Assembly: GCA_048938385.1 (NCBI GenBank)
Contig: JBHLMG010000006.1
Location: forward strand, 1-64,000
From: Promethearchaeota archaeon
GTDB taxonomy: Archaea; Asgardarchaeota; Hermodarchaeia; Hermodarchaeales; Hermodarchaeaceae
Direction of reading: 5' to 3'
DNA: 64,000 nucleotides
This document shows, one piece after another, positions 58,080 through 64,000 of this stretch. The notes beneath the pieces are model-generated. The model saw only the letters and a program-made list of their open reading frames with translations, did no database searches and was not told the DNA's origin. Within the stretch, counting starts at the first letter, position 1; the number at the start of each line of letters is the position of its first letter. The position numbers and the translations under genes were made by a program.

Positions 58080-60809
58080 CTATTTTTTCTTAGTCGTTTT
58101 TTTGGCTGTTTGCTGGGTTGTTTGTTCTCCTTTCTTATCAGCCATTACAGCGGCTAATTCACGAGCAGCCCATGAAAGATAGCTGGCAGTATCCTCACTG
58201 GTATAGGTTTCACGAATGCGTTTCTCAATTTCATTAAGTTGTCGATTTCGTTCAGCTTTTGGTGCTGCGGGGTTGTAATCTGCAAGGAAAATTCGTAAAG
58301 CTTTATGCCATTCATCTAGCTGCTTGATCCGATCCAGCCATTGATCCTCAAGGCTCCGAATGGTGGTGAAGATGTCTATCGCTTCTGGAAGGGAGTCTAT
58401 GCTTTCTAGTTTCTCACGCATGTTCTGCAGAGTCTCTAGGGGGAATATCATTTGGCTGAATTCACGGGGTCGAGCATCATAGACCCGTTTAATAGTCGAG
58501 TAATATTCGGTGGTGTTTTCTAGTAATTGTTCAAATGCTGAGGCCGTCTTTGCCTCCATGTTGCGAAGAATGTCCAAAACGCTGTTTTGTGCTTCAATTA
58601 AAGCCATGCTTATTTCCAAGACTTCTGTGACTTGTTCTGCAGCTAACGCATCTTGAACTCGGGCTAGAAGTGTCTTTAGTTTAACAACAATTTCTGCTTG
58701 ACCATGTCGTTCGAGGAGATCGGTAACAGAGTTGAGGTTGCCCCAAACCTCGTTGGCTTTCATTCGGATATCCTTGAGTAACTTCGGTTCGGTAAGTAAC
58801 TCCCGTAATTCATCAAACCGGTCAGGGAGCTCTTCGATATTTGCAGGGAGTTTCTCTTGGAGCTTGACTGATTTTTTCACATAACTATCAGTTTTGATAC
58901 CCAGGGTGGTAGAGACATTGGTCAGTTCAGAATATGCCTTGATTTGTTCATTGAGAGTTTGGTTGAAGTATCCAACAATCCGTTTTTCGAAGAGCTCGAC
59001 AATATGATGCGCCTTACGGATGGCTTCCTCGTATGTTTCGCTTGCAGGGACAACGCCTGTTAGCTCCTGAATAGCGGCTTGCACTTCTGAGGGGATAGTT
59101 AAGTTCATGCCTAATAATTTGGAGACAGCAAGGCGGAGTTTCAAATCTAACCGGTATTTGAGGTTCTCAATGGCATCTTGGGCTTTATAGAGGGCATCAC
59201 CTTGGGCTTCTCGCGCAACCGCTTCGATTTCTTCAAAACTCGTACTGTTTCGGATTTGACCAATTGCACTTTCCAAGAACTCTTCCATGGTTTTGAAGGA
59301 TTCCCGATAAGTGGGTTTAATGACTTGAATCTCAGCTAATAGGGCATTAAGTTCGCGTTCCCAAGCTTTTCGGAAGAGATCAATGCGGTTTTCAGCGTGT
59401 TTTTGAAGTCGTGCATAAGCTTCGACGAGTTCAGGAAAGGCGATATCAGTACTTCGAACGGGGGCAGGTGCGGCGCCCATGGTTGTTTTATCTAATATTG
59501 TGGTAGCTGTTTCTGAGATGCGGGTAAGGAGAGCTTCCTGCTCGCGAATTTCAGCTAATAACTTACCGTGTTCATCAATAATCTGAGCAGCCACTTCAGA
59601 ATATATTTTCACAAGGCTATTGAGGTCGGCTTTTTGGAGTTTTTTAGAGCTTCGTGCTACAAAGCCATCAAGTTCGTCAGTGTTTGGAAGAACCTTGCGT
59701 TTTACTGCTCGTGTTAACTCATCGATAATTCGCATAGTTTCACTACGAATTGCAGTTTCCACATTGGTGTTGTAGGCTTGTAAGCGTTCATAACTTGCAA
59801 TGAGGGTTGCTAAATCAGCATCTTTAGGAACTTCTGGTGGAGGTGGCGGCAAAAAACTGGCTTCTTTCGAGATATTGGCGGTTGCTAGGGTACGGTTGAG
59901 CGTGTGAGCGAATTCGAGTAATTGGCGTCGTACCTCACTTGAGGCTTTTAGGATTTGACCGTCATATTGCTGGACTAAGCCAAGTAACGTCGTTAGGTTG
60001 GCTTCGTCTTCCAGTTGTTTAAAGATAGCATCTAACGAGGTGGAAATTGCCATTGGTACATTCAGATTGAGGCCGCGTGCTGTTTCTAAAAGGGCAAGTG
60101 AGGATTCGATACTGCTTTGGAGTTTTGCTCGAAGCGTGTCGACAACTTCGCCTCGTCGACTGGTCAGATATTCATGTTCCTTACGGAGTGTTTTACGAAT
60201 TTCGAAAAGGTCCGGAATTGTATTAAAATCTACAACATCGCGTTCAGCACTAATTGACACATCACTAGTGTCAATACCCACGAAGCGATCATATGTTTTG
60301 ATTAACGCTTTATTACGCTCAAGCATGTCATTGGCTTGCTTAAGGAGCGCTTCACGAAGTTGTTTAGAAATTCCTTCGAGGTTTGATACAAACCGGGATA
60401 TTACCGGTAAAACTACAGTAAATCCGCCTTGGGTTGAAGGGAAGGATAGCCGGTTTAAATCGCGACCTAGCTTGAGGTCAAAGGTCATGATAGTTCCCTT
60501 CAAGTCTTCAAGTTCTGTCATGTAAGTGCGCAATAGTTCGATGTGAAGACGCAAGGCTCGTTGTAAATTATCTTGAATTTTAGGGATCCCAACTTCAATT
60601 TGTTTGGCTAGTCGTCGCTTCTTCAGGCCTAACGAAAAACTGGTTTTAGCGTCCCGATCAAACCCTTCTAGTGCTAAAAGTTCCCGTCCTACATCTTCCA
60701 TAGCCGTTTCTGCTTCCGAAGGCAAAACGCCCATGATAGTTCGACATTTTACGCTAATATCTTTGAGTGTTGAATAGGATTTACGCAGCTCTGCTATCGA
60801 TGTAGTCAC
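58080..60809 (-). CDS. Large alpha-helical repeat / coiled-coil protein; first gene of the tubulin-like operon
   Basis: 909 aa, nearly all helical; no TM segment or Walker motif seen; recurring 61-80 aa module; basic C-terminal tail. Confidence 0.85.
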   Translation of the reverse strand: MTTSIAELRKSYSTLKDISVKCRTIMGVLPSEAETAMEDVGRELLALEGFDRDAKTSFSLGLKKRRLAKQIEVGIPKIQDNLQRALRLHIELLRTYMTELEDLKGTIMTFDLKLGRDLNRLSFPSTQGGFTVVLPVISRFVSNLEGISKQLREALLKQANDMLERNKALIKTYDRFVGIDTSDVSISAERDVVDFNTIPDLFEIRKTLRKEHEYLTSRRGEVVDTLRAKLQSSIESSLALLETARGLNLNVPMAISTSLDAIFKQLEDEANLTTLLGLVQQYDGQILKASSEVRRQLLEFAHTLNRTLATANISKEASFLPPPPPEVPKDADLATLIASYERLQAYNTNVETAIRSETMRIIDELTRAVKRKVLPNTDELDGFVARSSKKLQKADLNSLVKIYSEVAAQIIDEHGKLLAEIREQEALLTRISETATTILDKTTMGAAPAPVRSTDIAFPELVEAYARLQKHAENRIDLFRKAWERELNALLAEIQVIKPTYRESFKTMEEFLESAIGQIRNSTSFEEIEAVAREAQGDALYKAQDAIENLKYRLDLKLRLAVSKLLGMNLTIPSEVQAAIQELTGVVPASETYEEAIRKAHHIVELFEKRIVGYFNQTLNEQIKAYSELTNVSTTLGIKTDSYVKKSVKLQEKLPANIEELPDRFDELRELLTEPKLLKDIRMKANEVWGNLNSVTDLLERHGQAEIVVKLKTLLARVQDALAAEQVTEVLEISMALIEAQNSVLDILRNMEAKTASAFEQLLENTTEYYSTIKRVYDARPREFSQMIFPLETLQNMREKLESIDSLPEAIDIFTTIRSLEDQWLDRIKQLDEWHKALRIFLADYNPAAPKAERNRQLNEIEKRIRETYTSEDTASYLSWAARELAAVMADKKGEQTTQQTAKKTTKKK

Positions 60810-60978
60810 TTTTCAGCCCCCAGGGTAAGTGGCTTACACTCACTTCTTTAACCATTGGGAAGTGTATTCTTAACTCTTTTGAGCGGACACAGATTTCTAT
60901 TACAAGAACTAAATTAAAGTCAAAGCCCCTATTTCTCAACCTTCACCAATAATACCAAATAAAGATGGGACAACGGTT

Positions 60979-61929
60979 ATGTCTAAGCCAGATCAGAGGC
61001 AGAAGAGTTATGAGAAATTACTTCGGGCAGGATACATCGCTGCTGAAGCCCTGAGGTATACCTGTAACCTGGTAAACGCAGGTGAATTGCTATACACCAT
61101 TGCTGAAAAAGGCGAGGAGTATATCCGCAAACTTGGTGGTCAACCTGCATTTCCCATTAACCTCTCAATTGATCATCATGCAGCTCACTATACTCCTCCA
61201 CTTACCGACCCAACCGTTGTTCCTAAAAAGGCTTTAGTCAAAGTGGATTTAGGAGCTCATGTGGATGGGCACATTGCTGATAACGCCCGTACGGTCTTAG
61301 TAGGAGATGATGACGCCCTTCACAGATTAATTACAGCCGCTGAAACCGGTGTACAGGCTGCAATCCAGACCATTCGAGCAGGAATTCGAGTCTGGACAGT
61401 TTCGAAATCAATCTCTAACGCTATCCGGAAGCTTCATGCCAGTCCAATTGAAAACCTGACAGGCCATAGCATTGAACCCTTTAATCTTCATGCGGGAGTT
61501 TCCGTTCCAGCGATTACCCGTTCTCATGAACGATACACCTCACCCCGATTACAAGAGCATATGGTAATAGCCATTGAGCCCTTTACTACCTATAGCCGAA
61601 ACCCCATTGTTGATAACCTCGAAGCCGGACATATTTTTGGCTTTACTCAAACCCGGAACCCTCAGAGTTCTAAACTCCGGTCTTTATTCAGTCAAATGAA
61701 AGTAAAATTTGGTCAACTCCCCTTTGCTTCGCGATGGATGCGCGAGTTGGTCGAACCTAAAAAAATTCCATCCATTTTAAATCGCTTACAAAACGAGGGG
61801 TGTATTCATAATTATCCAATTTTAGGTCTACGAGATAAGAAGCCTATTGCCCAGGCGGAGCACACTGTAATTGTGCAACCAACTGGGTGCATTGTTACCA
61901 CTTTGCAAACCCAAATGGGAGGAAGTTGA
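60979..61929 (+). CDS. map: Type II methionine aminopeptidase
   Basis: AFPINLS..AAHYTP, KVDLGAHVDGHIAD, NLTGH, LHAG, AIEPF, AQAEHT. Confidence 0.93.
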   Translation: MSKPDQRQKSYEKLLRAGYIAAEALRYTCNLVNAGELLYTIAEKGEEYIRKLGGQPAFPINLSIDHHAAHYTPPLTDPTVVPKKALVKVDLGAHVDGHIADNARTVLVGDDDALHRLITAAETGVQAAIQTIRAGIRVWTVSKSISNAIRKLHASPIENLTGHSIEPFNLHAGVSVPAITRSHERYTSPRLQEHMVIAIEPFTTYSRNPIVDNLEAGHIFGFTQTRNPQSSKLRSLFSQMKVKFGQLPFASRWMRELVEPKKIPSILNRLQNEGCIHNYPILGLRDKKPIAQAEHTVIVQPTGCIVTTLQTQMGGS

Positions 61930-63249
61930 ATGGATCATCAAGAGCTACTACGCCAACTCATAGCATTCCCCACTGTTAATAATCCCGCTGAGAATTTACG
62001 CCCAACCCGCGAGTGCCCTGAGTTCTTAGAGAACCAATTACGAGAAGCGGGAGTAGATGCAAAAATATTGGAACAGCAAGGATACTTCTCAGTTTTAGGA
62101 ACTATAGGTACTGGACGCCCTGTGACGCTTCTGCTGGCACATTTCGATGTGGTACCAATTGGCCCAGGATGGGATACAGATCCCTTTGAATTGACCATCA
62201 GAGGAAACAAGGCATATGGACGAGGAACCGCTGATGACAAAGGAAATGTCACTGCCTTGCTGCTCGCAGCGGAGGAGATTTGCACCCTCGAATTGCCGGG
62301 AACTGTTATTGTTGCGATGACTGGTGATGAAGAAATTGGAGGGAATAATGGCGCACCAGTTGTTCGTTCAACCTTAGAGCTAAAGGGTTTATTCCCAGAT
62401 TATCTGATCACTGCTGATGGCGTTGGTATGCAAATCGTGACACGTCGTCGAAACACATGTGGTGTTACAATATCAGTTCCAGAAAATCCTGTAAAGCTTC
62501 ATGGAAGCTCTGAAACGCATCGCTTTCTCACTGAATTCGTCGGCCGACAATCACGCCATTCTGCCTATTTTCTCCCCGGAGTGGATCGCCATGCCTTGCT
62601 AGCTGCATCCAACTTCCTTCTCCAACACCCTCAAGTGCAAGTCGGGCACATTACTGGAAGCTTTCTCAAAAGTAATGTTGTTCCCGATTGGTTTGAACTA
62701 GAAGCGATTACCCCTTCGCTGAATAAGTCTAACTTCGCTTGTGACAGTAATCTCACTCGTCTTTTACAGACTCTCTTACCCCTATCCCGAGTGCAGTTCC
62801 CAGTAAAGCGCAGTGATTACGGAGTAACCTTTTGTCCCAATCTGTTACAAAAAAAGGGAAACCGATGGGAAGTCTACCTGGATGGTCGCGCCATGACTAC
62901 TGATTCAGAACCCGTAGAGGCTGCAATGCATGCCATCTTGGCTGAGAAACTCCAACAAATTGACTATCAGCTAGTCGTTCATATGGGGAAGGCCTACATG
63001 AACACACCCACCGAATCAAAGCTGGTGAAAACGGCTCAACGAATCGCAGAAAAATTTAGTTTCAACACTCAACCCATTGAGCTAGGAGGCGCCAGTGATA
63101 CTCGCCACTTCTCAGACCGCCCTATTGAAGCCATCGATTTTGGTCCAATCGGCTTTGGTGTCCATGGATCTAACGAGTATGTATTACTCGATTCGCTTCC
63201 CCGGACTGCCTCCTTCTATTCTAAACTAATCCAAGAATTACACGGCTAA
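61930..63249 (+). CDS. M20 family peptidase/deacylase (ArgE/DapE-like)
   Basis: AHFDVVP, YGRGTADDKG, GDEEIGG, GGASD, HGSNE. Confidence 0.9.
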   Translation: MDHQELLRQLIAFPTVNNPAENLRPTRECPEFLENQLREAGVDAKILEQQGYFSVLGTIGTGRPVTLLLAHFDVVPIGPGWDTDPFELTIRGNKAYGRGTADDKGNVTALLLAAEEICTLELPGTVIVAMTGDEEIGGNNGAPVVRSTLELKGLFPDYLITADGVGMQIVTRRRNTCGVTISVPENPVKLHGSSETHRFLTEFVGRQSRHSAYFLPGVDRHALLAASNFLLQHPQVQVGHITGSFLKSNVVPDWFELEAITPSLNKSNFACDSNLTRLLQTLLPLSRVQFPVKRSDYGVTFCPNLLQKKGNRWEVYLDGRAMTTDSEPVEAAMHAILAEKLQQIDYQLVVHMGKAYMNTPTESKLVKTAQRIAEKFSFNTQPIELGGASDTRHFSDRPIEAIDFGPIGFGVHGSNEYVLLDSLPRTASFYSKLIQELHG

Positions 63250-63257
63250 TTGGGCAT

Positions 63258-64000
63258 TTAGGCTGCACGAGCAGGTCCAGGCACTTGAGGAACAGGAGCT
63301 GCAGGGCTTTTCACGAGCGTTTCGTTCACTTTTAGGTAACCCATCGATGTAATGATCCGAATGATGGCGATGGTGAACATCATCCAAATTACTGCTATGC
63401 CATAGGGGAGGATCAGTCTGAGAAAATCTAAGATGACTCCTGAAACCATGGCTGCAAGAAAACTACTTGCTCCTGTGCAGAAGTTGAAGAGAGCAACAAC
63501 ACTTCCTCGATGTTTTAGTGGCGAAGAATCAAGTAACCAAGCGGTACTACTTACGATAAATAACCCTGTAAGACCCCCACCGAAGATGTTGCTGGGGATA
63601 AGGAACCAGATGTTCCCTGTAATAGCACCCAAGGAATGAAAAACAGGAGCAAGGAAAATCAAGGAACGACTTACAAAAAGCACGGGTTTGCGCCCATAAT
63701 GGTCGGTGAGCCAACCACCAGAAAGCTGGGCAACCCCAGAGCTAATGTTGAAGATAGCGGTAAACACGCCAATAAAAAACAGGTTCACACCAAGTATACC
63801 TCTTACAATAATTGGAAACAAGGGCCAGGCTCCACCCATTGATGCAAAAAATAGGGTGTTGATGACGAGGAAAGGGATGAACTGAGGCGTACTCTTCACT
63901 GCCTTTCGGATCTGAAAAACACGACGTTTAGAAGGTTTAACGGTTTCTGTGAGCACTAACACAACTATCAACGACACTGTTAATGAAACCGCGGCAACAT
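63258..64000 (-). CDS. MFS transporter; 5' part lies outside the window
   Basis: GWLTDHYGRKP motif A repeat and TM helices; frame stays open to the window end. Confidence 0.85.
   Translation of the reverse strand, partial: VAAVSLTVSLIVVLVLTETVKPSKRRVFQIRKAVKSTPQFIPFLVINTLFFASMGGAWPLFPIIVRGILGVNLFFIGVFTAIFNISSGVAQLSGGWLTDHYGRKPVLFVSRSLIFLAPVFHSLGAITGNIWFLIPSNIFGGGLTGLFIVSSTAWLLDSSPLKHRGSVVALFNFCTGASSFLAAMVSGVILDFLRLILPYGIAVIWMMFTIAIIRIITSMGYLKVNETLVKSPAAPVPQVPGPARAA

Noticed and set aside
58080-60809. SMC/Rad50 or dynamin-like identity for the 909-aa protein
   Set aside because: No Walker A/B, ABC signature, zinc hook or GTPase motifs.
60810-60978. Centromere-like iterons (tubC) upstream of the tubulin-like operon
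   Set aside because: Only short inverted repeats (GTAAG/CTTAC, CACTTC/GAAGTG) at chance level; no tandem iteron array.
1-64000. CRISPR arrays, rRNA, IS elements or proviral genes
   Set aside because: No regularly spaced repeats, rRNA-like tracts, transposase, integrase or capsid ORFs were seen.

Overview
Gene-dense archaeal chromosomal segment. Archaeal markers are proteasome alpha subunit, FBP aldolase/phosphatase, type II MAP, a four-subunit POR/VOR operon, archaeal-type ArgRS and a TIGR00288-like NYN protein. The LRR protein, long helical proteins and overall gene style suggest an Asgard archaeon; this is inference, not tested. The window holds about 57 CDSs, one intron-less tRNA-Arg(TCG) and at least two broken genes. 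I saw no CRISPR array, rRNA or transposase. Metabolic content points to peptide/amino-acid fermentation: split LKR + SDH saccharopine pathway, ArcE-like arginine synthetase, POR/VOR, a 2-hydroxyacyl-CoA dehydratase with activator, and M20 peptidases. There is also an ion-homeostasis cluster (VIT1-USP-NhaA, plus a CorA that lacks its GMN motif) and two interleaved ABC systems. The best candidate for an undescribed system is at 55.1-60.8 kb. It is an apparent operon encoding a 909-aa rod-like protein with about 11 helical repeats, a divergent tubulin/FtsZ-superfamily GTPase (hybrid tubulin/FtsZ motifs, about 38-aa insertion) and a 336-aa helical protein. It abuts a convergent coiled-coil + winged-helix gene that shares its stop (CTAG), and may be a new cytoskeletal or segregation module.
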